A DNA stretch of 63,815 nucleotides, counting the filler, from Gemmatimonadota bacterium (GTDB lineage Bacteria > 4572-55 > J002), in assembly GCA_003697105.1 (NCBI GenBank). It is 4 parts of 4 records of this genome, joined end to end, with 100 filler letters (N's around TTAATTAATTAA, not from the genome) between each part and the next. Parts side by side here need not be neighbours in the genome. Positions count along the whole stretch, not along the records: positions 1 to 24,572 come from RFFQ01000068.1; 3 more parts are not named here. One strand, 5' to 3'. This document shows positions 1-9,359 of this stretch, one piece after another. The notes beneath the pieces are model-generated. The model saw only the letters and a list, made by a program, of their open reading frames with translations, searched no databases and was not told the origin of the DNA. The translations under genes were made by a program, and so were the position numbers. The first letter of the stretch is position 1. Each line of letters opens with the position of its first letter.

Positions 1-63
1 ATTCTCCTCTTATAGCAATGAATGAAAATAGAAAGTCAATCATGCTATAATGTAAAGAGAATA

Positions 64-276
64 TCAGGTCACCTCAAATTTTGGCGAAGGTATTGTTATA
101 TCAGATAAAATTAAATCCGGTAGGGGTCTGTGTTGGCGTAAAATCTCAACAGCCTGAAGCCCATTCTCGGCGGAAATAATGTCATAGCCTTGGGTTTCCA
201 GAATCATGGAAATTCCGGTACGAATTGACGATTCATCTTCCACCACTAAAATGAGTCCGGTATAGTTATCATCCAT
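64..276 (-). pseudogene. Truncated response-regulator receiver domain (~70 aa)
   Basis: ILVVEDE...AENGLQAVEIL...PDLILSDI matches the first half of a REC domain, then the ORF diverges and stops before the conserved Thr/Lys. ATG at 276 follows an AAGGAG SD. Confidence 0.6.
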
Positions 277-405
277 AAACGGTGCGTACTCCTTACGGTT
301 CATCGGATTTGAAGAATCACGGCGGGCTAGAAGGGTTCGGTCGCCAAATAGGAAAAATACATGCCAACAGGATTAGACGTACAGGCGGTATTCATGAAAA
401 ACCGC

Positions 406-435
406 TTGACAGAACATGACTCAGGATAGTATCAT
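406..435 (+). promoter_or_regulatory. Sigma70-like promoter
   Basis: TTGACA-N18-TATCAT upstream of the ORF at 501. Confidence 0.45.
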
Positions 436-500
436 TTTTTCCATCAAGTTAGGAGAACACGGTCAATTGCTATTACTGCCCATGAGGAGGTTATCGACGA

Positions 501-1268
501 ATGAAACACTTACTGTACTATGGACTAATCGGCATTGTGATGTTGAGCAGCAGTTCTTTTTGGGGTTGCACGAAACGTCCAGTTTATCGTACCAACCCCA
601 CCCCATTTCCAGACCGGCAGGAAGTACCTGCCCCGCCCCCACAGGTTGAAGAAACCCCCCCACCTGTGGTACTACCCGAACCGGAACCACCGGTACGCCC
701 CACAGTGGAAGAACCACCCGTTCTTACCGAAACCCCTCCGCCACCACCGCCGCAACCGGAACCACCAAGCGCCAATATTTTGGAAGACTTTGAAAACATG
801 GCAGAATGGAGCTTTAGACGCTACCCCGATCCGGTTTCAGGAAGTGTTGAATCCTACACGTTGGAAGTACACGACGGCATGGCTTCCGGCCGGTTAAACT
901 ATAATTTTACCAACTTGCCTTACGGGGAAATCGGCGCGGCGTACATGGCAGCTAATAAAATCATTCCTTTGGATGCTGAGGAACTGAGTCTATGGGTGTA
1001 TGGGAATGGAAGCAACCATTGGTTACGTATCCGCTTTATCGACGCTAAAGGCATCAAATATGTCGCGGATTTTGCCCGGCGGGTCGATTGGCTGAATCAG
1101 TGGAAAAAATGCACCATTTCTATCAATGAAATTACCAGTTTTGATGACAGCCAGAAAAATTTGCGCCCCCAATTACCCCTAACGACCGAATTTATCTATC
1201 TGGTCTGCGAAAAAGAAGGAAAACGGGATCAGGGTTATCTATTGTTCGACAATTTTATGACGCGCTAA
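501..1268 (+). CDS. Lipoprotein with Pro/Glu-rich linker and C-terminal beta-sandwich (carbohydrate-binding/CIA30-like) domain
   Basis: Hydrophobic signal ending FWGC, PEP-rich linker, then ILEDFE...LSLWVYGNGSNHWLRIRFIDAKG...VDW...WK...LLFDN pattern; GAGGAGG SD. Confidence 0.65.
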   Translation: MKHLLYYGLIGIVMLSSSSFWGCTKRPVYRTNPTPFPDRQEVPAPPPQVEETPPPVVLPEPEPPVRPTVEEPPVLTETPPPPPPQPEPPSANILEDFENMAEWSFRRYPDPVSGSVESYTLEVHDGMASGRLNYNFTNLPYGEIGAAYMAANKIIPLDAEELSLWVYGNGSNHWLRIRFIDAKGIKYVADFARRVDWLNQWKKCTISINEITSFDDSQKNLRPQLPLTTEFIYLVCEKEGKRDQGYLLFDNFMTR

Positions 1269-1287
1269 ACGTGAAGGTGTTCCCCCC

Positions 1288-2025
1288 ATGGCAAAACATT
1301 ACACAATTTTGGTGGTCAATAAAGATGAAAATGCCTCCCGGATTATGCGCACCCGCCTACAAAAGTTCGGTTATGATGTGATCATTGCCCACTCGGAACA
1401 GCAAGCGTTTGATTACATGACCTTTCAACACCCGGATTTGATTATTTCGGGCGTTCTTTTTCCGGAGGGTCCCACCGGTTACGAGTTTTGCCGTAAAATC
1501 CGGACGGACACGCGCACACAGGATATCCCTTTTATTTTCCTGACATCAAAAAGTAAGATCGATGACCGAATTGAGGGCTTAAAAGCAGGGGCTGATGATT
1601 ACATCATTAAACCGTTTGATATGGACGAACTTCACGCCCGCATCCAGATGATATTTAAACGTCTGGAACGCGCCCAGCGGTTAGCGGCGACTAGCCGGAC
1701 CACCACCAAAGGGTCACTGGCACAGATGAGCTTGGTCGATATCATCGGTATTTTTGAGATGACCAAAAAAACCGGAGTACTTGCCCTGACCTTTGACCAA
1801 CACAAGTTTGGGAGCGTTTACCTGAAAGATGGCAACGTGGTTCATGCGGCTCTTCAAGATTTAGTGGGGGAAGAAGCGTTTTATCATTTACTAAAATGGA
1901 AAGACAGCGGTAATTTCGAGTTTACACCCGGGGTCACCAGCCCCGAACACACCATTCAGATGCGGGGTAGTGAATTGATAATGGAGGGTCTGCGCCGGTT
2001 GGATGAGTCCACCCGCGATAGTTAA
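1288..2025 (+). CDS. Response regulator with C-terminal DUF4388-type domain
   Basis: REC motifs (PDLII, IPFIFLTS, GADDYIIKPF) plus GSLAQMSLVDII...KTGVL...GEEAFYHLLKW...G.FEF...LIMEGLRRLDE. The phospho-acceptor Asp appears replaced (LIISG). Confidence 0.85.
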   Translation: MAKHYTILVVNKDENASRIMRTRLQKFGYDVIIAHSEQQAFDYMTFQHPDLIISGVLFPEGPTGYEFCRKIRTDTRTQDIPFIFLTSKSKIDDRIEGLKAGADDYIIKPFDMDELHARIQMIFKRLERAQRLAATSRTTTKGSLAQMSLVDIIGIFEMTKKTGVLALTFDQHKFGSVYLKDGNVVHAALQDLVGEEAFYHLLKWKDSGNFEFTPGVTSPEHTIQMRGSELIMEGLRRLDESTRDS

Positions 2026-2038
2026 AACCAGTTAAAAC

Positions 2039-3229
2039 TTAGAGTACTTTGACCACAACCAGCGTCAAGTCATCGTGGGGCTCCGCCTCCCCCACAAAAG
2101 CATTCACATCCATAAGAATATGTTCGCGAATCTCCCGGGCGGATGCCCGCGGCGGTATTTCAGCTAAGGTTTTTAGTAAGCGATCCGTACCATACATCTG
2201 CCCTTTTGTATTTGTCGCCTCATCAATTCCATCCGTAGTGAAAATAATCACATCATCCGGTTGCAATTGGAGACGTTTCTCATCATAGTTCAAATGGGGA
2301 AATTGACCTAACGGGAGCCGTTCTTCGCAATAGGCTAACTCGCACCATTGCTGGTTGCGTAGCAAAATGGGTGAGGGTAATCCCGCCATGGCATAGGTCA
2401 TGGTCAAAGTTTGTAGATCAAATTCGGCGTAACAGAGCGCTACGAACAACTTTTTATGAATGTGGCGGCATAATAATCGATTCACCCGCCGTAGAATATC
2501 TGCCGGGCAGGAATGGCTCTCCACTGCCATTTCGACCATTCCTTGTGAAATTGCCATCAACATCGCGGCGGGAACCGATTTTCCAGAAACATCACCAATC
2601 ACAACGCCTAAATTACCCTGATGATCTAAGATGTTGTAGAGGTCACCCCCGACTTTAGCAGCAGGTTTGGAATACCCATCAATTTCAAAATAGACAAATG
2701 CTGGAACCTGATGCGGCATCATATCTTGCTGGATTTGGGTAGCAATCTCCAACTCTCGTTTGAGTTCAGATTCTTCTCGAATCCATGTTTCCATTAAGCC
2801 GCTCGCCTCTTCAATCCGTTTAACCAAAACCGGCATAATTTTGATCGCAATTTCCGGGTAGAGCATCATTAAGCGCACAAAGTCATCACGACGGATCGTA
2901 AGCAATTCCGTATGACCCGCCGAGATCAAGGTTGCCGGATGGTATGTGATCCGAAACAAAGCGAGATCATTGATGACCTGCCCCCGATACAATGTCGCCA
3001 ACGGTTTTGTATTCCCGTTTTTGTACACATGCACTTCACCTTCTACAATAATGTGGAGTGCCGAGGCTTCTTCACCCTGCCGCGTAATAACCTCCTGTTG
3101 CGGAACGGTTTGTTCGGCGGCAATTTTCGCAATTTCGGTCAACAACTTTTTATCAACACTCTGCCGATAGTCAAAGTTTCGGAGTACCGGAATTTGCAGG
3201 AGTAACCCCATTTTCTGGTACATTTTCAT
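2039..3229 (-). CDS. cNMP-binding domain + SpoIIE/PP2C (RsbU-like) Ser phosphatase
   Basis: N-terminal cNMP fold (ITRQGE...LHIIVEGEV); VGGDLY, IGDVSGK, FTTDGIDE, HDDLTLVV motifs. Confidence 0.9.
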   Translation of the reverse strand: MKMYQKMGLLLQIPVLRNFDYRQSVDKKLLTEIAKIAAEQTVPQQEVITRQGEEASALHIIVEGEVHVYKNGNTKPLATLYRGQVINDLALFRITYHPATLISAGHTELLTIRRDDFVRLMMLYPEIAIKIMPVLVKRIEEASGLMETWIREESELKRELEIATQIQQDMMPHQVPAFVYFEIDGYSKPAAKVGGDLYNILDHQGNLGVVIGDVSGKSVPAAMLMAISQGMVEMAVESHSCPADILRRVNRLLCRHIHKKLFVALCYAEFDLQTLTMTYAMAGLPSPILLRNQQWCELAYCEERLPLGQFPHLNYDEKRLQLQPDDVIIFTTDGIDEATNTKGQMYGTDRLLKTLAEIPPRASAREIREHILMDVNAFVGEAEPHDDLTLVVVKVL

Positions 3230-3434
3230 AACATCACCTCAACGTTATCATCAAACCAAAACAGATGTCGTGCCATTATAGAAGAAACAAAGTCAAAATT
3301 CAACCGGAAAAACAAAACGGAACTAATCCATTGATATTCTTTATGTTATTGTGATGGTTGTGTGACATCTAAACGGTTAGTAAAAAGTACCTTTGGTAAA
3401 ATTAACCTTTTATTTTAGGAAAGGAAGGACAACT

Positions 3435-4154
3435 ATGCAACGCTCATCAAGCTTCATCATTCAATTCATTTTAGTATTTCTAATGGGTTGGTCTATTTTT
3501 GGATATGCGGAAGAGATCGATCCTGAGGAAGGTGATGAATTAGTCGTATCCTATTGCCGGGAGTGCCATTCATTAGCTCGTGTTTACCAAACACCCTATA
3601 CCAAGGCACAATGGGAAGAAGCAATTGACCGTATGATCAAGGAAGGATTGGAGATTAATAGTGCAGATCGGGGCAATATTACCACCTATCTAGCCAGTCT
3701 TCACAAACCGGACTCTATCCTCAAATTAATTGGAAACTTCCATTTCATTTTGGTTCATTTCCCAATTGCCTTGATTCTGATTATCGGCTTGTTTGAATTA
3801 ATTGCGATCCTTACGGGGGAGCTACCTCAAATCAATCTGTTACATTGGCTCTGGCGTCTTGCACTTCTCTCAATTCTCCCCGTGATAATGCTGGGATTTT
3901 TTCTGGTACTTGGAAATGAGCATCTTTCCGCCACACTAATGTGGCACCGGAATTTAGCATTGTTGACGGCGCTTCTCACCCTAGTGGGATTGATTTTACG
4001 AGAGATTGCGGTCAAAAACCCGCAAAAATCGATGATTTGGGGGTACCGGTTGGTGTTATTACTGATGATGGGCGCTGTGGGCTTAACCGGACACTTAGGC
4101 GGAATCAGCGTTCATGGTGATTTTGTAACCTCATTGATGGAATCTTTTTTCTAA
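3435..4154 (+). CDS. Monoheme cytochrome c fused to DUF2231-like membrane domain
   Basis: Signal peptide, CRECH heme motif, then H.ILVHFPIAL...H...GH.GG..V 4-TM pattern; ATG 3435 after AAGGA. Confidence 0.75.
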   Translation: MQRSSSFIIQFILVFLMGWSIFGYAEEIDPEEGDELVVSYCRECHSLARVYQTPYTKAQWEEAIDRMIKEGLEINSADRGNITTYLASLHKPDSILKLIGNFHFILVHFPIALILIIGLFELIAILTGELPQINLLHWLWRLALLSILPVIMLGFFLVLGNEHLSATLMWHRNLALLTALLTLVGLILREIAVKNPQKSMIWGYRLVLLLMMGAVGLTGHLGGISVHGDFVTSLMESFF

Positions 4155-4178
4155 CAGTCCGTTCCCCTGTTCTAACAG

Positions 4179-4221
4179 AAAAAACCCGAATCGATCTAAC
4201 TCGGATCGATTCGGGTTTTTT
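4179..4221. terminator. Bidirectional intrinsic terminator
   Basis: AAAAAACCCGAATCGATC-loop-GATCGATTCGGGTTTTTT perfect inverted repeat between convergent genes. Confidence 0.9.
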
Positions 4222-4254
4222 ATTTTCATCAAAAGCGGGTCACGTAACGGCGGG

Positions 4255-4992
4255 TCACATACCTATCAAGTTGATATGCATTGTACCGAGCCAATCCCCT
4301 AACAAGAACTGCATTCGTCCAATCAGCAATGAGATACGCGCCATCACGGTAAAACCGAAGGATGCCCCAAAGGAAATCATTAAAAACCAGATACCGGCAC
4401 GGGCGGTCACACCCATTGCACCTTCATGCTTAATCGAAAAGAAGAAGTACGCCAAGCACGCTACCAAGCCAAAAACGATAATGGCATTGTTAATCACGCC
4501 ACCGGAGCTACCAAACACCATCCACGCATCTGGACTGGTCGCAATTCCTGCCCACCCTTGCTTAACCAGTTCGCCGGTAGCGGGCACAAATACCTCGGTT
4601 CCCGGGTTTAAGGAGAGCATAGAGCCATGTAGCTGTTTGATGATATTCGATTGCATTTCCGCCGTCAGGGCAATTCCCGCACCGAAACCGACACTCAGGG
4701 CAATGGGCCAGCGGCTCATCCAAGCAATATTCGGGAAAAAGCGTGTCAGGTACATCAGCCCAAACACCAATCCGAAAACCAGCATAAAGCCTTCAAACCC
4801 GCTGGGTCCGGCTTGGAAGGGTTCAATCAAGTTTGGTTTTAGAATTTGCCACCAGGCAATCGGCACCATATACCCCGCCGAAACTCCCACGAACAAGTGT
4901 TCTGCCAGTTTGTATACCGGATTATCATTGTACAAAAAGCTGTATAGTGCTAATGTGAGCAACGCCGCTACCCAAATTCCAAAAACATCCAT
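4255..4992 (-). CDS. Conserved hypothetical multi-TM membrane protein (operon gene 5)
   Basis: About 6 hydrophobic segments; YSFLY.DNP.YK.AEH motif; AAGGAG/GGAG SD. Confidence 0.8.
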   Translation of the reverse strand: MDVFGIWVAALLTLALYSFLYNDNPVYKLAEHLFVGVSAGYMVPIAWWQILKPNLIEPFQAGPSGFEGFMLVFGLVFGLMYLTRFFPNIAWMSRWPIALSVGFGAGIALTAEMQSNIIKQLHGSMLSLNPGTEVFVPATGELVKQGWAGIATSPDAWMVFGSSGGVINNAIIVFGLVACLAYFFFSIKHEGAMGVTARAGIWFLMISFGASFGFTVMARISLLIGRMQFLLGDWLGTMHINLIGM

Positions 4993-5008
4993 GGTTATCT
5001 CCTACTCC

Positions 5009-5872
5009 TTATGGGTTTGATTGGTTGCGAGTCATAAAAAACGCCACATTTCCAATTATGATAAAAATCACAATCACAATGTGTGCAATTGACTGTGATG
5101 CCATCCCAGCGGAAGCCGAACCGAGTTCAAATTTGGGATACTTTTGAGCTAACAGGTTTTCATATTCCGCCGCACCTTTCAATCCCGCCATTAATCCGGT
5201 CAATTGTCCGGTATCCAAAAATGGATACAGTTCAGGAGCACTCACGGCGGTACACCCGCCGGCAAGCGGGAAATTATACCGCGTTTGCCCCACCGGCACC
5301 CACGAATCTGCCATACCCGGCGAGCCTGCCGCTAATGAGACCACGAGGTCTACATCCTTTAAGTTCGTGATTCCTTTCATCAACGGAAAGTCTTTAATGG
5401 GTTTGGCTTCACGGGTATCCAGCGGATAGGCTGTGGCAATATCATTCCCTAACTGGTCGATCACAACCGGACCACCTACCTTATATCCCAAGAATATAAA
5501 ATCCTCTCCATAGGTTTTTTCCACACCGTATGCCGCTTTTAAGTCCTCCGCCGCCTCAAATATGGCTTGTTCTGAGAGGGGTGCGCCCGGCGCCCATAAA
5601 TTCATGGTGATAATCTTCAAATCTTTCTTTAAGAGATGGCGGACTATCGCCAAATTCATGGGATACAACTCCGGCATAGAACCGGGGTCGTAATCTCCCG
5701 AAACAACCACAACACTACCCGGTTCCAGGTTTTCCACAAATTCAAAGATATTCCGAACTGCCGGGGTATAGCTCATGGGCAATTTCGGTTTGAAGATCAA
5801 GGGAAGCGCCACGGCAAAAGCGATAAACAAAAAGATGATTCGACGATCCAGATTAGAAATTTTCTCGAGCAT
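5009..5872 (-). CDS. Conserved hypothetical membrane protein, TM-soluble domain-TM (operon gene 4)
   Basis: N- and C-terminal TM helices around a ~220-aa alpha/beta domain; PFLDTGQLTGLMAGLKGAAEYE; GAGGAGG SD. Confidence 0.8.
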   Translation of the reverse strand: MLEKISNLDRRIIFLFIAFAVALPLIFKPKLPMSYTPAVRNIFEFVENLEPGSVVVVSGDYDPGSMPELYPMNLAIVRHLLKKDLKIITMNLWAPGAPLSEQAIFEAAEDLKAAYGVEKTYGEDFIFLGYKVGGPVVIDQLGNDIATAYPLDTREAKPIKDFPLMKGITNLKDVDLVVSLAAGSPGMADSWVPVGQTRYNFPLAGGCTAVSAPELYPFLDTGQLTGLMAGLKGAAEYENLLAQKYPKFELGSASAGMASQSIAHIVIVIFIIIGNVAFFMTRNQSNP

Positions 5873-5887
5873 TTGATCCTCCTCTTC

Positions 5888-6532
5888 TTACTCATTGCCC
5901 AGATATGATCGATCAATACCGACTAAAATACGCAACGCTTGCGCAATCCCACCAAAAGCGGCACCGATCAAAATTGCGCGTTTCGCTGCCACATTCGGTT
6001 TGTTCATAATCCAGTCCGTAATTTGAGGATCAAAGATTTTCAAAAACATGGTGTCGGAGAGCCACTTTCCAATGGGTACTTGACCCAACATTACGATGGT
6101 TGCCGAAACCAGCAAGAGTCCCGCTTCTAAATTGCGCATGCGGAACGCCCGGAATGCCGCCGAAGCAATGAAGAATGCCAACATCGAAAACATGGTGGCT
6201 TGCATGGGCACATACATGTAATTAAACATCCAGCCAAACAGGTTGGTCGTTACATTATAATCTCGCCAAATAAACCCGGCGAGTGCCATCACGACCAGAC
6301 CCACCAACAACACAACCCGATAACCTGAATCTTCACTCTTCATAGAAATACGACGAACATTGACCTGAACCAAGTTCCCTATCCCCAGCACAACCGCAAA
6401 TGCGCTCGCAATAATCACCGCATTACGAAACGAGTTATTCAACGTTTGAAATGTCTCATGGGGAATGAAGAAACTGAAGATCATAATCAATCCGGAGATA
6501 AAGGCAATTGCTAACGGTACTTCTCGACGCAC
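5888..6532 (-). CDS. Conserved hypothetical multi-TM membrane protein (operon gene 3)
   Basis: About 6 TM; PMQATMFSMLAFFIASAAFRAFR motif; GTG at 6532 after AAGGAG. Confidence 0.8.
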   Translation of the reverse strand: MRREVPLAIAFISGLIMIFSFFIPHETFQTLNNSFRNAVIIASAFAVVLGIGNLVQVNVRRISMKSEDSGYRVVLLVGLVVMALAGFIWRDYNVTTNLFGWMFNYMYVPMQATMFSMLAFFIASAAFRAFRMRNLEAGLLLVSATIVMLGQVPIGKWLSDTMFLKIFDPQITDWIMNKPNVAAKRAILIGAAFGGIAQALRILVGIDRSYLGNE

Positions 6533-6549
6533 AGTTCTACTCCTTTCCC

Positions 6550-7809
6550 TTAATTGACCGCAAATAAGGCGCGATACCATTCGACATTCATGGTGCTCAT
6601 CAGCACCCCGAGTAGCATCAAGACGACAAAAATTGCCTTACCGATATCGGAGCTTTTTAAACTCGCAATCAACCGGGGGTCGCGGGAGAGATACGCACTC
6701 GCCGCGAACAATTCTTCCCCAATCAACGTGTAGTCACAAGCCGCAATAAAAAATGGAATTTGTGCGACCATAGCGGTGCCAGCCACTTGAATTGCTCCCG
6801 CCGAAAACCCGGTTTCCGCCAAGATGAGAGATTCGGCATAGAATTCACCTAAATACAGGTTCGCAGCCGGATGTTCGCGAAGCATGATCCCGTTCACCCC
6901 GGCCACATAGGCAAATTGCTCCTCAGTTAGGAAGCGAACATTCTCCGGCGAATAGGCATCTAACCGTCCGGCATCCAAATAGCCTTCCCGAACCGTTTCA
7001 TCCGCCGCCGTCATAACGATGGGGTCGCGGCAAGGTACAATGAGTTTGGTGTCATATTCAGCGGTAATCTTAGCCACCTCACCCATAATCGCTAAACTCG
7101 CCAGGGTCTGGATGTTGGAGATCACCCCAATTCCCGGCACATACAACACCGGACGCCCCATTTCCGTGGCACGCCCAATCGCTTCTCCCACCGCGGAAAG
7201 CCCCGGAATACGCCGCACAAATAATTCACGCCGTTGCGCCTGAGCGGTGTACCAAAGCACCAAGCCCGAAAAAATAATAACCCCCAGCAAGATGTTTAAC
7301 AGCAAGGAGTTAAACCACTGGGGCTTTGCCATCCCTTCAACGGGAGTCGCCAATCGAGAGCGAATCTCATCGGTAGCGCCGACAGCCTGCACTTTATAAA
7401 AATAGGACTTTTGGTTCTCTACATTGTGATCGGTGTATTCCGTCGTTCCGGCACTGACCTCACCGATTTCCTCATAGGAACCACTCGCACTCGTCGAACG
7501 AAGAATAATATATTTGTGGACTAAGTTTCGGCCCTCACCATCATCTTGTGATTTTTCCCACGTAAGTTGAATAGCGCCACCACCATCATTTGGAACATCT
7601 TTCGCCTTTAATTGGCGGGGCGGCTCCGGAATGGGTGCCGGTAATGCGGGTACAATATCACTCAGATTTAAGGAATCAACGGAAACCGAATCCACTTCCG
7701 TAACTGGTACATCCGGATTGGATTCCTGAGCAGAAGCAGAATCCCCTGCCCAGCTAATCATCAGGAGAAAAGCACATAATCCTAAAAAAACGAAGGTCTG
7801 TTTGTGCAT
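6550..7809 (-). CDS. Signal peptide + fibronectin type III + DUF6754-like membrane protein (operon gene 2)
   Basis: FN3 pattern (PRQLKA...IQLTW...YIILRS...YTD...YFYKVQAV), TM, then RRIPGL.A..EAIGRATEMGRP...AESLILAETG...ACDYTLIGEELFAASAY. Family name recalled, not searched. Confidence 0.8.
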   Translation of the reverse strand: MHKQTFVFLGLCAFLLMISWAGDSASAQESNPDVPVTEVDSVSVDSLNLSDIVPALPAPIPEPPRQLKAKDVPNDGGGAIQLTWEKSQDDGEGRNLVHKYIILRSTSASGSYEEIGEVSAGTTEYTDHNVENQKSYFYKVQAVGATDEIRSRLATPVEGMAKPQWFNSLLLNILLGVIIFSGLVLWYTAQAQRRELFVRRIPGLSAVGEAIGRATEMGRPVLYVPGIGVISNIQTLASLAIMGEVAKITAEYDTKLIVPCRDPIVMTAADETVREGYLDAGRLDAYSPENVRFLTEEQFAYVAGVNGIMLREHPAANLYLGEFYAESLILAETGFSAGAIQVAGTAMVAQIPFFIAACDYTLIGEELFAASAYLSRDPRLIASLKSSDIGKAIFVVLMLLGVLMSTMNVEWYRALFAVN

Positions 7810-7835
7810 AACTACTCCTTTCCTTTAACAAAAAC

Positions 7836-7867
7836 AAAAAAGGAGACCGTCATGGCTGACGCTCTCC
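7836..7867 (-). terminator. Intra-operon terminator/attenuator-like hairpin
   Basis: GGAGA-C-CGTCA / TGACG-C-TCTCC stem (one mismatch) followed on the minus strand by a U6 tract, between genes 1 and 2. Confidence 0.55.
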
Positions 7868-7878
7868 AGATAAAGGTA

Positions 7879-9024
7879 TTATTCTTCAATCATTTCCACA
7901 TTCGCCCGAGGTAGGGTAACTTCTTGCTCAACACCTTCCAATTTTGCCTGTAAGACCCGCACTTTTGCTTCGGTTTCCAAGGCAGTTAATTCCGGTGGTA
8001 AAGCCGTCACCGTACCCAGTATACCAAAATAGGGATTCCGAATGACGCGGATGGGAGTCCCAATATCCATTCCTTTTAGTTCTCGTTCCACATCTTCAGA
8101 GCCGGTGAGATTTTGCATCTCCTCACTTATCGGGATAATAATTTCTGGACGAATCACACCTGCCCGAATTTGAGTTGCGCCGTTGATAGAGGCGTGCCGT
8201 CCAGCAGACTTTTGAAGCAGATGGAACGTTTTCCGCGCCATCGTAATTTGCCCAAACCCTTCCGTGATGACCAAACTGATCCCTAAATCTTCCGAACCGG
8301 TAATCGCCACACCTAAATCGTATCCCAGAAATTCGCGCAAATCACTATCATTAAGACCGCCCACAACGATCCCGCGCACACCGGTATCGATTGCCTTCTG
8401 AATAGCCGCCGCGGTAACCAGAGAACCGCCGCCAATAATCTTATCTTTGCAATCAGGTGTAACAAACGATTCATCCAAAATTTGTGCAGGAGATTCCGTC
8501 ACCACTTTCAGTTCACCGTGGGTCTCTCCACCGACACCAAAAATTCCTTGAATGAACGTACCTACGGTCTCCACGGCAATGCCTTCATTTTCAAAAACGT
8601 CAACCACGACGCCATCTACGTAGGCATTAATCTCAATCGGAATGGGGGGTTCCCGTAAAATCGCTTTACCGGTCACATTGGAAACACTTTCAAAAAAACC
8701 ATCGATGGGGGATTTTACCGTCGATTGAAAAAAACCAAAAAAACCACCACCTTTGGCAATCGGTTCGCCTTTCGTTACGGGGTCACCTTCTTTTTTCAAC
8801 ATGGCTTCCGGCACATCCGATGGATTGATCGTCAATGCACTTGCCACATTCACCGTTTGAATATTTCCGGGTAAATCTGTTCGGGCAACAACCGTATCCG
8901 CTTTAACCCGATCCCCTTTTTTGACGACAATTTGACCCGGCAATGGCAACCGGCGGTCTTTAATCAAAACAGTCTTTTCGGTAACCCGTAACCCAGGTGT
9001 GTATGCGTGTGCCAAAGCTGTCAC
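7879..9024 (-). CDS. Conserved hypothetical soluble protein with barrel-sandwich-hybrid-like motifs and C-terminal KOW-like domain (operon gene 1)
   Basis: GQIVVKKGDRVKADTVVA and LKKEGDPVTKGEPIA...VKSPIDG hybrid motifs; IGTPIRVIRNPYFGILGTV KOW-like motif; GTG start with GGGAGG SD. Confidence 0.8.
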   Translation of the reverse strand: MTALAHAYTPGLRVTEKTVLIKDRRLPLPGQIVVKKGDRVKADTVVARTDLPGNIQTVNVASALTINPSDVPEAMLKKEGDPVTKGEPIAKGGGFFGFFQSTVKSPIDGFFESVSNVTGKAILREPPIPIEINAYVDGVVVDVFENEGIAVETVGTFIQGIFGVGGETHGELKVVTESPAQILDESFVTPDCKDKIIGGGSLVTAAAIQKAIDTGVRGIVVGGLNDSDLREFLGYDLGVAITGSEDLGISLVITEGFGQITMARKTFHLLQKSAGRHASINGATQIRAGVIRPEIIIPISEEMQNLTGSEDVERELKGMDIGTPIRVIRNPYFGILGTVTALPPELTALETEAKVRVLQAKLEGVEQEVTLPRANVEMIEE

Positions 9025-9087
9025 GCCTCCCTTCTAAACGTCTGAATTAAAAAGCAGATAAGACCTTAGTTCAATTTTGTAAGCGCT

Positions 9088-9117
9088 AGATTACCACACT
9101 TGTCCAGTACTTGTCAA
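9088..9117 (-). promoter_or_regulatory. Sigma70-like promoter for the five-gene operon
   Basis: Minus strand TTGACA-N18-TAATCT with extended -10 TG. Confidence 0.55.
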
Positions 9118-9257
9118 GTGCTTTTTCAAGAATGGACTCAAAAAGCCATTCGCCGGGACATTCTCGAATATCGAAGGGTCTGAAACGAGACTGCAAGTCC
9201 AACTGTATATATTTACATGTAACTTTCCGAAAGTACGTGATAACAAGGCGTTTTCCG

Positions 9258-9286
9258 TTGACATTAATTTCTCTTTTTGTTACTTT
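9258..9286 (+). promoter_or_regulatory. Sigma70-like promoter for dnaJ
   Basis: TTGACA-N17-TACTTT with extended -10 TG. Confidence 0.6.
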
Positions 9287-9359
9287 AATTTTCGCATTTT
9301 AATGTTACAAAGAGTTTTACATCATTTGAAGAACATAACCGACTTGCAGATGAGGTGCT

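Noticed and set aside
4271-5020. 249-aa + strand ORF
   Set aside because: Antisense shadow of the membrane gene 4255-4992, with no SD or motif.
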